Part shown: positions 37,955 through 47,380 of the stretch, piece by piece
How positions within the stretch are numbered: the stretch's first letter is position 1
How the letters are laid out: each line of letters starts with the position of its first letter
From: an uncultured bacterium
GTDB taxonomy: Bacteria; Chloroflexota; UBA5177; JANWHV01
Direction: 5' to 3'
Length of the DNA stretch: 64,000 nucleotides
NCBI GenBank assembly: GCA_963827235.1
Contig: CAWHAE010000010.1
Coordinates: 544,001-608,000, forward strand
Translations under genes and position numbers: made by a program
The notes under the pieces: generated by a model
Databases searched by the model: none
What the model was told of the DNA's origin: nothing
Seen by the model: only the letters and a program-made list of their open reading frames with translations

Positions 37955-38050
37955 CATCGATGGATTCGTGAAGTCGTGTTGGGTTCATCGACGAGGCCGT
38001 TGAGGACCATGCCGGCGATGTGGAAACGGATTTCTTTCCTGATCTGCTCG
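37955..38050 (-). pseudogene. Possible HicB-family antitoxin remnant
   Basis: Own translation 'EQIRKEIRFHIAGMVLNGLVDEPNTT' recalls HicB 'IREAIEFHLEG...G..IPEP'. Confidence 0.3.
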
Positions 38051-38144
38051 CCTCATGCGGGATTGTGGGGACAGCGAATCGCCTGAGCAGCTCGGTCCGA
38101 CCGGCTGGTCAGGCGATATGACGGCACGTCCGCGGCTCGTCGCC

Positions 38145-39818
38145 TCAGCTCAGTCCTCTGACTCGTCCGTCGGCGGCGACGCCGATGCGTTCGGCCGCGG
38201 GCACCTTGCCCAGCCCCGGCATGGTCATGATCTCTCCGGTCAGCGCCACCACGAAGCCGGCACCGGCAGACAGGCGTGCCGAGCGCACGGCGATGCGGAA
38301 GCTCTCCGGTGCGTTGAGCAGCGCCGCGTTGTCCGAGAAGGAGTACTGCGTCTTGGCAATGCAGACCGGCATACTGCCGTAGCCCAGCTTCTCGAAGAGC
38401 GCCAGGTCGCGCGACGCCGTACCGACGAAGTCGACGCCGGATGCGCGATAGATGTGCGTGGCGACCGCTTCGATCTTCTTCTTGAGCGGCATGTCATCCG
38501 TGTAGAGCGTGTGGAACTCGCCTGCCGGAGCATGCTCGAGCAGCGCCACGAGCCGCCTGGCAAGCTCCTTGCCGCCGTCGCCGCCACGGGCATGGATGTC
38601 ACAGCGCGCCGCGGCGATTGCACCGGAAGCCAGTGTCTCTTCTATCGCGTTAAGCTCGGTCTCGGTGTCCGTGTCGAACATGTTGATCGCCACGAGCGGC
38701 GGCAGGCCGAAGCGCCCGACGTTCTCCACGTGCCGGAGCAGATTCGGCAGGCCGCGCCGAACGGCATCCACGTTCTCCGTCTTCAGATCGTTCTTGTCCG
38801 CCCCGCCGTGCAGCTTGAGCGCTCTGGTCGAAGCGATCACCACCGCCGCGTCCGGCTTCGCCCCGGTCTGGCGCGCCACGATGTCGCAGAATTTCTCGAA
38901 CCCGAGATCGGCGCCGAAGCCTGTCTCCACGAGCGCGTACTTGCCGAGCTTCCGCGCCAGGCGGGTTGCCCGGATAGTGTTGGTACCGTGCGCAATGTTG
39001 GCAAACGGGCCGCCGTGAATGAGCGCCGGGCCGCCCTCGAGCGTCTGCACGAGGTTGGGGTTGAGCGCATCCTTCAAGAGCACGGTGAGCGCGCCCTCGG
39101 CGTTGACGTCCGATGCCCGAACAGCAGCGCCGGCTCGCGTGAATCCGATCACGATGCGCCCCAGGCGCGCAGTGAGATCGGCAAGGTCCTCTGCCAGGCA
39201 GAAAATGGCCATGATCTCGGAGGCCGGGGTGATGTCGAAGCCCGTCTCGCGTGGCACTCCCTCGGTCGGGCCTCCCAGTCCGCTGATCACGGCTCGCAGG
39301 GCCCGATCGTTCACGTCGAGGCAGCGGCGCCAGGTGATCCGGCGGGCGTCGATGCCCAGGCTGTTCCCCTGGTGCAGGTGATTGTCGACCAGCGCGGCCA
39401 ACAGGTTGTTGGCCGCGGTGATAGCGTGGAAGTCCCCTGTGAAGTGCAGGTTGATGTCCTCCATCGGGATCACCTGCGAGTAGCCTCCACCGGCGGCGCC
39501 GCCCTTGACGCCGAACACGGGACCCATTGCCGGTTCGCGCAGCGTGACGACGGCCTTTTCCCCGATGGCGCAGAGCGCCTGTCCGAGCCCGACAGTCACC
39601 GTGGTCTTGCCCTCGCCTGCCACCGTAGGCGTCATCGCGGTGACGAGTACCAGCTTGCCGTCCGGCCGATCGGCCAGCCTGTCCATGGCTGCCTGGCGTA
39701 CCTTGGCCTTATAGCGGCCGTAGAGGTCGAGTTCGTCGACTGATAGTCCGACGTCGGCCGCCACGTCCACGATCGGCCTCAACGGAGCTTCCTGAGCTAT
39801 CTCGATGTCCGATTTCAT
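38145..39818 (-). CDS. fhs: Formate--tetrahydrofolate ligase
   Basis: MKSDIEIAQ, TPT.AGEGKTT, GVKGGAAGGGY, INLHFTGDFHA, HGGPFANIAHG, IMTMPGL. Confidence 0.97.
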   Translation of the reverse strand: MKSDIEIAQEAPLRPIVDVAADVGLSVDELDLYGRYKAKVRQAAMDRLADRPDGKLVLVTAMTPTVAGEGKTTVTVGLGQALCAIGEKAVVTLREPAMGPVFGVKGGAAGGGYSQVIPMEDINLHFTGDFHAITAANNLLAALVDNHLHQGNSLGIDARRITWRRCLDVNDRALRAVISGLGGPTEGVPRETGFDITPASEIMAIFCLAEDLADLTARLGRIVIGFTRAGAAVRASDVNAEGALTVLLKDALNPNLVQTLEGGPALIHGGPFANIAHGTNTIRATRLARKLGKYALVETGFGADLGFEKFCDIVARQTGAKPDAAVVIASTRALKLHGGADKNDLKTENVDAVRRGLPNLLRHVENVGRFGLPPLVAINMFDTDTETELNAIEETLASGAIAAARCDIHARGGDGGKELARRLVALLEHAPAGEFHTLYTDDMPLKKKIEAVATHIYRASGVDFVGTASRDLALFEKLGYGSMPVCIAKTQYSFSDNAALLNAPESFRIAVRSARLSAGAGFVVALTGEIMTMPGLGKVPAAERIGVAADGRVRGLS

Positions 39819-39941
39819 GCCTCTCCTACACTTGCACTATGGCAGGGAGCCGCCGGCATCAGGCGCGGCGAGTCCCTGCCGGGCAACACGGTATTTCCAC
39901 GCGCGGACGCTCTCCCACGCTCTTCGCCGGAAGCGGAGTTG

Positions 39942-40979
39942 CTACTTGGCGCTGAGCCGGCCGGCGCGAAACGCCTTGAGATACTGTACGCAGTACTCAT
40001 CCTCGCCTTCGAGCATCGCTCGCGCGAGCTCGAACGGCTCGGCGCTCCGATCCTGTGCCAGCACTTCGGCGAGCTTACTCTGCACCGGATCGATGATCGC
40101 CCCGTCGATGCCGGCATCGACGGCGAGCACGATGAACGTCTCGTTCACCAGCTTGCGATTGGGCATGCCGAAGGAGACATTGCTCAGGCCGCCGGTGATA
40201 TGGATGGCCGACCCGTACTCGGTCCTCACCGCGCGCACCGCGTCGAGGTATTGGCGGCCGGACATGTTGTCCACCGAGATCGGCAGCACGAGGGGATCGA
40301 CGTGGATGTGGTTCCGCGGGATGCCGCCGGCGCGCTCCAACAATTGCTTCACGTTTGCCAGGCGCTCGCCGGTATCCTTCGGCATCGTGCCGATCCCCGA
40401 AGCGGACGCCACCACGTCGGCGTCGAATTCGCGTGCAAGATCGAGCGTGTCTGGGCGCTCGAGCGCCGCCGAGTTCAGCATGGGCCGGCCGGCTTTTCGG
40501 TCGTAGGCGAGCAAGCCCTCGCGCAGGGTCGCGGTCTTGGAAGAGTCGATGCTCAGAGGAATGGGCGATATGCCCTGCACCGACTGTACCAGCCAGCGCA
40601 TCGCGGCCATTTGCTGATCCGGCTCGGCAGAGATCTCATCCACGTTCAGGTCCAGGAAGCGTGCGCCCGCGTCGATCTGACGCCTCGCCTCGCTGCGCAG
40701 ATACGCCGTGCCCTCCTCCTGCGCCGCCGAGTCGCCCCAGAGTCCCTTCTGTACGGCGATCATGATGTGCTTGATCTGGCCTTGCTGGTAGGCCTGAGTC
40801 TCGCGGAAGGTCTCGGGTACGGTCAGGTGGCGCGTGCGTCCTTCCGCGTCACGGAAGCGAATGCCTTCCGTTCCGTCGTCCAGCACGGCGAAACGGGCGC
40901 TCTTGCGCGATACGGAGCGCGTGGTGTGGATATTCTCGCCGACAATAGTGAACTGGCCCACCTCGTACTGCGCAGCCAT
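39942..40979 (-). CDS. Pterin-binding methyltetrahydrofolate:corrinoid methyltransferase (AcsE/MeTr-like) with an N-terminal insertion
   Basis: IVGENI, LDLNV, LSIDS, MLNS, VDPLVLPI, GGLSNVSFGMPNRKLVN.TF, GAIIDP. Confidence 0.8.
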   Translation of the reverse strand: MAAQYEVGQFTIVGENIHTTRSVSRKSARFAVLDDGTEGIRFRDAEGRTRHLTVPETFRETQAYQQGQIKHIMIAVQKGLWGDSAAQEEGTAYLRSEARRQIDAGARFLDLNVDEISAEPDQQMAAMRWLVQSVQGISPIPLSIDSSKTATLREGLLAYDRKAGRPMLNSAALERPDTLDLAREFDADVVASASGIGTMPKDTGERLANVKQLLERAGGIPRNHIHVDPLVLPISVDNMSGRQYLDAVRAVRTEYGSAIHITGGLSNVSFGMPNRKLVNETFIVLAVDAGIDGAIIDPVQSKLAEVLAQDRSAEPFELARAMLEGEDEYCVQYLKAFRAGRLSAK

Positions 40980-40992
40980 GCACCCTCACTCC

Positions 40993-42624
40993 TCAGTTGA
41001 CTGACTTATCTTCTGCTGACTTTTCGTGTGTGGAAGAGCGATAGCCAAAATGGTCACGGCCAAGGAAAGTATTTGCCCACGATGATGTGCCCTTGAGGTC
41101 GCTGTTCTTGGTGATCGCGGGACGGTCGAGCATGTGTTCCTCTTCCCCGTACGGCTTGAGACGCTCGTAGGCCCGAGCCCACATGCAGGTCTTCTGCGTT
41201 GCCTCGCACACTCCTTGGTGACTGCCTCCGCAAGGACCGTTGCGCTGGTTCTTGGCGCACTGTGATTCCGGACACAGGTAGGCGATGTCTGGGAGCGAGC
41301 AGTCGCCGCAGTCACGGCAGCCGAACAGCGGGATCTTGATTGCCTGCTCAGCCACGTGTAGCCACTTCTGGGTCTCAGGTGATTGATCGACGCGGGTGTA
41401 GACGCGGCGTCCCAGGCGGAAGCCCATCGATTCGGGAGCAAACATGTGCCGGTGTACGGACCGGTTCATCTTGTAGGCGACCGGCACGGCGTCCAGCTGC
41501 CGGTGCCTTGCCGCCCGAGTGGAGGACCGGCGATAGCTGCTGCTGATCTCCGCGGAGCTAACCTGCGTCTCGGGATCTTGCTCGAACAGATAGAACTCGC
41601 CGGGCTGGCCGAACTGGATTTCCTTGGCGAAGGTCCGCCAGTCGTCCGGGCCAAACGAGTCGGCCAGCGCGAAGATTGCCTGGAACTCGGCCGGCTTCAC
41701 GTGTCCGCCCAGGTAGGCGCCGTGAAATCCCAGACCGCGGGCAACCGCGATCTGCTTGGCGGCGAACTCATGGAAGAACTTCTTGCCCTTGTCGCGGGAC
41801 GAAGCCTGCTTTTCGGCCAGCTCCAGCAACGCATCGGAGACGATGACGCCCGGCACGGCACCGCGGTGATAATACCTCGCCGTCGGGGCCGTCAGGATGA
41901 ACACGTTTGCCAATACGGGTACATCCAGATGCCGCCATGCCATGAACCTGAGCAGGTCGCTGAACTTGCGCGAGTCGTAGCCGAGCTGGGTGATGATGAA
42001 CTGTGCACCGGCCTGGACCTTGCGCGCGAGCTTGAAGTACTGCGGCATCAGCTCGCTCTCGCTAAGCTTGAACGGCGAGACTGCCGCCGCCGTGTAGAAG
42101 CTGGTGGGCGGCAGAGTGGCAGGATCGCCCTTCCTGGACGGGGTAACCGGGAATCCTGCGTTCATCGCTTGAAGCATCTCCAGCAGAGCCACGGAGTCGA
42201 TGTCGAACACCGCGGTGGCCCTGCCGTGGAAGCCCTCCACCGGATAGTCGCCGGAAATGCACAGCACGTTGTCGAACCCGGCGGTAGCCAGCGACCAGGC
42301 CCGGCTCTCCAGGCCGTTACGATTGAGATCCTTGCAGGACAGGTGAATGATCACGTCCTGACCCATGTCGCGGAGGCGGGCGCCCAGCGCCTCGGGAATG
42401 AGGCTGGGATGGCCGCCCGCGCTATCGGTAATGCTCAGCGCATCCGCGATGCCTAGCCCGGCCAGTTCCGTCGCATCGGTGATTACCCTGGACGGGCTGG
42501 CTTCGGACAGAGACCCGCGCGTGCTCACGAGCTCGACGACATGGGCGAACTCAGCGGGATTGGTGAGACGGCGGCGCAGGGCATTCGGCCGGCCTGCCGC
42601 ATCCGGTACGGACTGATTGTCCAA
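40993..42624 (-). CDS. metF: Methylenetetrahydrofolate reductase fused to a C-terminal Cys-rich MetV-like domain
   Basis: SITD, IHLSCKDLNR, LCISGD, K..AGAQFIITQ..YD; C-terminal CRDCGDC...CPESQCAKNQRNGPCGG...C...C.W. Confidence 0.85.
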   Translation of the reverse strand: MDNQSVPDAAGRPNALRRRLTNPAEFAHVVELVSTRGSLSEASPSRVITDATELAGLGIADALSITDSAGGHPSLIPEALGARLRDMGQDVIIHLSCKDLNRNGLESRAWSLATAGFDNVLCISGDYPVEGFHGRATAVFDIDSVALLEMLQAMNAGFPVTPSRKGDPATLPPTSFYTAAAVSPFKLSESELMPQYFKLARKVQAGAQFIITQLGYDSRKFSDLLRFMAWRHLDVPVLANVFILTAPTARYYHRGAVPGVIVSDALLELAEKQASSRDKGKKFFHEFAAKQIAVARGLGFHGAYLGGHVKPAEFQAIFALADSFGPDDWRTFAKEIQFGQPGEFYLFEQDPETQVSSAEISSSYRRSSTRAARHRQLDAVPVAYKMNRSVHRHMFAPESMGFRLGRRVYTRVDQSPETQKWLHVAEQAIKIPLFGCRDCGDCSLPDIAYLCPESQCAKNQRNGPCGGSHQGVCEATQKTCMWARAYERLKPYGEEEHMLDRPAITKNSDLKGTSSWANTFLGRDHFGYRSSTHEKSAEDKSVN

Positions 42625-43213
42625 GCAGCGCCTCTATTCTTCGTCGGCGGAATATGTATCAATGCTGGCAAGCCCCCGCCGGCTGGGCTCCCGTGAAGTT
42701 CTCCTCGTGCACAGTCGACTCCGGCTGGGCGCACTACCATGTGCGCCCGGATCGCTGGCGTGACGCAACCTTCCCCACGCGTGCACGGCGCAAGGGAGCT
42801 TGACGCATGGTCGTCGTCGACCTCATTCAACCTTCTGCAGCAGTCGACCTCCTCAGCCGCTGGATGCCACCGTCAGGGCTGCTGGGTGGTATGACCTATG
42901 TCTACGCTCATATCGGAGACGGCGCAAGGGCCGCCCGGCAATGGCAATCGAAGGCCATGAGACGCGCGTGTTCAGGGTGCCGGACCATGACTTTCGAGCA
43001 TTGAGCCCCTTGACAGGGGAATTCTACCACTGTCCAGCACGCTTAACGCCGATTCTACCGCCGTGTCCAGACTGCGGGATAGTGATGGCGTGCGGTGATG
43101 ACGTGTCGGCGCAGTCCCGGCGTGAGGGGCGGACCTGGATCCTGACACGATGAGTATCCCGTATCCCCTATCCGGTAGCCGCGCCCAAGCCAGCGGGTGT
43201 ATCCTGACAGCAT

Positions 43214-43597
43214 ATGACACCAACCTTGTTTGCTTTGCCCGCTCAGGAGGAGCTAGCTCGGCGCCTGCTGCGTCCTCTCAGTCGCGCCGGGGTGACGTAC
43301 CTGCATTGGCGGACCGAGCGTGACCCTCTAGAGTCGCAGGCCTACATCGCCGAGCTGGCCCTGGAGGATGCCGGCCACCAGCAGATCGCGTCCACTGCCA
43401 TGCGTAGCGGGTTCCTTGTGCTCTACGCGATCAGCGATGCGCTTGGCGCCGACGGGGGCTGCTTCAGTCTGGACGTTGCATCCGGGCGGTACCGCAAGAC
43501 GTCGGCCATGCCGGAGCATCTGCGGGCGCTGGGCCAAGCGACGCGCTCGAAGGGCGACGACGAGGCGCCCGACCTCGAGACCGACCTGGCCAGCTAG
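43214..43597 (+). CDS. Hypothetical protein (127 aa)
   Basis: Unopposed ORF with GC-rich third positions; no family recognised. Confidence 0.55.
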   Translation: MTPTLFALPAQEELARRLLRPLSRAGVTYLHWRTERDPLESQAYIAELALEDAGHQQIASTAMRSGFLVLYAISDALGADGGCFSLDVASGRYRKTSAMPEHLRALGQATRSKGDDEAPDLETDLAS

Positions 43598-43645
43598 GAA
43601 CTGCGCGCCGGTGACATGTTCGGCGGTGGGAGCGCTCGGCTTCGC

Positions 43646-44107
43646 ATGCCTGCCCGGGAGAAGGTAGTGCTCTGGGCGGGTCCTCTGCTCGCCGCCCTGC
43701 TCGCCGGCATCTGCATTGCCTCGCAGGGCGCCATCAACAGCGAGCTGTCCCGGCATGTCGGGCAAATGCGAGCCGTGGCGGTTTCCATCTCTCTCAGCTT
43801 CTCCATAGTCGCCCTGATCGTTGCCGTGCATGCCGGCCCGGGATCCTTTGCTGCTGTGAAGGAGACTCCGCGTTGGGCGATGATCGGCGGACTGCTCGGC
43901 GTTACGATTCTGGTTAGCACAATCATCGCCGTGCCTCGCATCGGCGTGGCGGCGACCACCGGCGCCATCGTGGCCGGTCAGGTGATAGCCTCCGCCATCA
44001 TCGATCGCTTCGGCCTCCTCGGCGTGGTTGTCCGGCCGCTGACGCCTGGGCGCCTGGCGGGACTGGTGCTCGTGGTCGTCGCCGTCGCTCTGGTTACGCG
44101 CGGCTGA
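43646..44107 (+). CDS. DMT-superfamily small membrane protein (YdcZ/DUF606-like)
   Basis: AG.....Q.AIN..L, W...GG.LG, PRIG, GQ...S..IDRFG.LG. Confidence 0.85.
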   Translation: MPAREKVVLWAGPLLAALLAGICIASQGAINSELSRHVGQMRAVAVSISLSFSIVALIVAVHAGPGSFAAVKETPRWAMIGGLLGVTILVSTIIAVPRIGVAATTGAIVAGQVIASAIIDRFGLLGVVVRPLTPGRLAGLVLVVVAVALVTRG

Positions 44108-44109
44108 AG

Positions 44110-44418
44110 ATGTTTGCCACGTACGCTGTGCCGACATTGGACGCGCGAGAATTCGTCGAGGAGCACCATGGAACCGTCGCCAATCAGGTCAAGCGGATCA
44201 TGGAGGACGGAGTCGCGAGTGGTGAGTTCATGGTCGCCGACCCAGCGACCACGGCACGAGCAATCCTGCTTGCGACGAACTCATTTCGCAACCCGGCGCA
44301 TGCGCCGGAGTGGACCAGGCCCACGATCGATGCAGACTTCGACGACGTCTGCACCCCGATCCTTAACTGCATCAACCGCCCGTCGCAAGCGACGGCGCTT
44401 CGCTCGCCATCGTTTTGA
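44110..44418 (+). pseudogene. C-terminal ligand-binding half of a TetR-family regulator; HTH missing
   Basis: 'I..DGV.SGEF...DP...ARA...AT..F.NPAHA.EW..P.ID' begins directly after the DUF606 stop, with no RBS or HTH. Confidence 0.55.
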
Positions 44419-44775
44419 GGAGCGGTGTCAGACAGCGCGAGCCTTGTGGGATTTGTTCCTCCCGAGCAAGCCTGAGCTCAGCATTACTACAGTTGGCGTA
44501 CCTTCTCGATTCGTCGGGGCACGCGGCGGGCCGGTTGAGTGCGCCCAAGCGCGCTGGCACTGCAGTGATGCTTAGGCGGCGCCGCCCCCCCTGCCCACCT
44601 ACGTGGCCGTGCGCCGCGGCCTTCGGTTACTCTGTAGTTGGAGCGCGGCGAGACCCCTGTACCGGATTCGGCCACCAGAGCGTTGAGCCGGTGCTTGAGC
44701 TTCCCTGCGCCGGATGCCACGTGAGGTCGGCCTGCTGAAACTGCGGCCGCGCCGCCAGCGCGATCGGGACTCCGA

Positions 44776-46185
44776 GTGGCGGATACGAGCGACAACGACG
44801 CGTCGTACGGGAACACCGATCCGTTGCCTGACGTCAATCCGGACTTGGGGGCGACGTCCCAGCTCGGACGGACCGGCAGGCTCCGTGCCGTGGCCGCCAG
44901 GCGACGCCCTCTGCGCCGCTTTCGTTTCCGAGTACCTCGGTCCGGCCTGATCGCCTATCTCGCGGTCATGGGGCCTGGGCTGATCGCGGCCAACGCGGGC
45001 AACGACGCTGGCGGCATTGCTACCTATGCAAGCGCCGGGGCCGTCTACCGCTATTCCCTGCTATGGGCATTGCTCGTCACCTGTATCAGTCTGATCGTCG
45101 TACAGGAGATGTGCTCGCGCATGGGCGCCTTCACGGGCAAGGGCCTCTCGGATCTCATTCGGGAGAACTTCAGCATTAAGGCCACCACTCTGGCCATGGC
45201 CGGTCTGCTGATCGCCAACACCGGCATCACGGTATCAGAGTTCCTGGGCATCGCCGCCAGCGCCCAGATCATCGGCATCCCGGCCTGGATCGCCGTGCCA
45301 CCGATCGCTCTCGTGTTGTGGTACCTGGTCACCCAGCACGGCACGGCGACCAGCGAGAAGGTCTTCCTGATGCTCTCGCTGTTGTTTCTGGTCTATATCC
45401 CGGCGGCTTTCCACAACGCGAATTGGGGAAGCGTGCTCCACGATACGGTGCAGCCGCACCTCTCGCTTTCAGGGGCGTACATCGGTACCGTCGTAGCGCT
45501 GATCGGCACGACGATCAGCCCCTACATGCAGTTCTACGTGCAGTCTGCGGTGAGGGACAAAGGGGTGCTACCCGCGGCTTACAGGTACACTCGTGCCGAG
45601 GTGGTCAGCGGATCGATATTTGCCATCGCAGTGGCGGGCTTCATCATCATCGCCACGGGCAGCTCGCTCTGCCAAAGCGGCGGCTGCCCTGCCGCCAACG
45701 CATCGATCAGCCAGCCGCAGGACTTTGCCTACGCGCTGCGCTCGGTGGCAGGCGATCTCTCCGAGCGGCTGTTCGCGCTCGGACTATTCGGCGCCTCGAT
45801 GCTGGCCGCCGCCGTGTTGCCTCTCTCGACCGCCTTTGCCGTGTGCGAGACCTTCGGCATGGAAAGCGGCACGGAGAAGACCTTTGCGCAGGCACCGGTC
45901 TTCAACGGAATCTTTACGGGCATGATCGCCGTGTCCACGTTGATCGCGGTCATTCCCAACCTTCCCATCGTGCAGGTGCTGCTCAACCTGCAGAAGCTGA
46001 ACGCCATCGTGCTACCGCTGATTTTGTGGTTCATCATCAAGCTCGTGAACCGCACCGATCTCATGGGCTCACACCGCAATGGGCGAGTCTATAATGCGAT
46101 CGCTTACAGCAGCATGGTGGTGCTGACCGTGTTGAGCGTGCTCTATCTTGCCGGTCAGGTCGGAGTCGGACCGGCGAGCAGCTAG
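44776..46185 (+). CDS. Nramp-family divalent cation transporter, NRMT (Mg2+-type) clade
   Basis: TM1 'GPGLIAANAGNDAGGIATY' (DAGG instead of DPGN) and TM6 'GTTISPY' (instead of A.MPH); QEMCSRMG, GKGL..LIRE. Confidence 0.85.
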   Translation: MADTSDNDASYGNTDPLPDVNPDLGATSQLGRTGRLRAVAARRRPLRRFRFRVPRSGLIAYLAVMGPGLIAANAGNDAGGIATYASAGAVYRYSLLWALLVTCISLIVVQEMCSRMGAFTGKGLSDLIRENFSIKATTLAMAGLLIANTGITVSEFLGIAASAQIIGIPAWIAVPPIALVLWYLVTQHGTATSEKVFLMLSLLFLVYIPAAFHNANWGSVLHDTVQPHLSLSGAYIGTVVALIGTTISPYMQFYVQSAVRDKGVLPAAYRYTRAEVVSGSIFAIAVAGFIIIATGSSLCQSGGCPAANASISQPQDFAYALRSVAGDLSERLFALGLFGASMLAAAVLPLSTAFAVCETFGMESGTEKTFAQAPVFNGIFTGMIAVSTLIAVIPNLPIVQVLLNLQKLNAIVLPLILWFIIKLVNRTDLMGSHRNGRVYNAIAYSSMVVLTVLSVLYLAGQVGVGPASS

Positions 46186-46372
46186 CAGCCTGGACCAAGC
46201 TGAAGAAGTTCATGAGCGTGCTTTGCTGCTCGCTTCGCCTTCGCGCCGTGTCGGCACGCACGTCGGTGACCAGGCTTATCGGGATGATCAGGCGTTCCGC
46301 GTGCCCGCAAGTTCCGCACTGAATTCCTGCAGCAGCCACGCTTAGCGATGACTACACATAAACACCAGATCT

Positions 46373-47380
46373 CTACAACCCAACTAATGCCGCCGCGTTC
46401 TCACGGAATAACGATCCGCGGCGAATGTAGCGCCGCACCATCGGCAGGCTCTTGTGGCCCGTCTGATCCATGATCGCTCGCTCCGCCACACCTGCAGCAG
46501 CGGCCGACGTGGCCAGTCCAGATCGCAGTGAGTGACCGGCATACTGTTGCGGATCGAGCCGCGCCGCCGCTGCCGCCCGCTTGACGATCAGGGCGACAGA
46601 CTGTGCCGTGAGCCGGGCCGGCTGCAAGTTGCCGTGCCGGTCGACCGGACGAAACAGCGCGCCTCGTGCGATGCCTGCCACGGCGAGCCAGCCCTGCACC
46701 GCGCGCACAGGGCAGGTATCAGGATGCGATCCATACGGGATGCCAGCCTCGCGCCCCGAGCCTTCCTGGTCCGTCTTGCCGCGGCTCACGCGCACGACCA
46801 TGCCTTCCCTGCCGAAGGTCAGGTCGCTCACGTCCAGTGCAACCAGCTCCGCGCGGCGAAAGGCGCCGGCGAATCCGAGCAGTATGAGCGCGCGATCGCG
46901 TCTGCCGGCAAGCGTGCGGTCCAGTCTGGCTACCATTGCGCGGATATCATCCGTCAAGGCCGGCTCTTTGCCTTGCTGCCGCGAGCCGTGACGGCGGCGA
47001 ATGCCCGCCATCACCTGACGCACCGCGACGTCGACAGTGGGCGACTCAAATCCGGCGATGCTGTGAGCCTGGCTGATCGCTGCGAGCCGCCGGGCGACGG
47101 TCGATGTCTTGCGGAAGGCGGCAAGATCGGCCAGGTAGACTGCCACGGTTTCCGCAGACGCGGGCAATGGCCCCCGGCCTCGAGCATCGCACCAGGCGAC
47201 GAAATCGCGCCAGTCGGCGCCGTATGCGCGTCGGGTGTTCGCGGCTACGGCCTCGGCAGCGTATTCTTGCGCGCGCTCCCGGGAGGCCCGATAGTGCGCC
47301 ACGGCATCCCCATCCGGCTTGCCGCCGGCCGGCTCCAGTACACGCCCTCGCCACGCTGCCGTGTCCGCCGGCTTTCCCAT
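46373..47380 (-). CDS. Cre-like tyrosine recombinase/resolvase
   Basis: NTRRAY..DW..F..WC N-terminal domain; catalytic R (AFRRAEL), K (KTDQ), HSLR, GH and Y (VRRY) all present. Confidence 0.92.
   Translation of the reverse strand: MGKPADTAAWRGRVLEPAGGKPDGDAVAHYRASRERAQEYAAEAVAANTRRAYGADWRDFVAWCDARGRGPLPASAETVAVYLADLAAFRKTSTVARRLAAISQAHSIAGFESPTVDVAVRQVMAGIRRRHGSRQQGKEPALTDDIRAMVARLDRTLAGRRDRALILLGFAGAFRRAELVALDVSDLTFGREGMVVRVSRGKTDQEGSGREAGIPYGSHPDTCPVRAVQGWLAVAGIARGALFRPVDRHGNLQPARLTAQSVALIVKRAAAAARLDPQQYAGHSLRSGLATSAAAAGVAERAIMDQTGHKSLPMVRRYIRRGSLFRENAAALVGL

Noticed and set aside
37260-38100. Tn3 terminal inverted repeats or target-site duplication around the transposase fragment
   Set aside because: No 38-bp GGGG...TAAG-type end found on either strand.
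38145-42624. Complete Wood-Ljungdahl (acetogenic) pathway
   Set aside because: No CODH/ACS, AcsCD, FolD or formate dehydrogenase in the window; only part of the methyl branch is present.
42941-43153. Small ORF with CPDCG (possible zinc ribbon)
   Set aside because: Single CxxC, weak RBS and atypical codon usage; cannot be supported without homologs.
44420-44775. M-box or yybP-ykoY riboswitch upstream of the Nramp gene
   Set aside because: The conserved cores were not recognisable by eye; an Rfam scan is needed to exclude them formally.
46061-46339. ORF with CGTCGH downstream of the recombinase
   Set aside because: It overlaps the Nramp 3' end by about 125 nt, has no RBS and matches no recognisable family.
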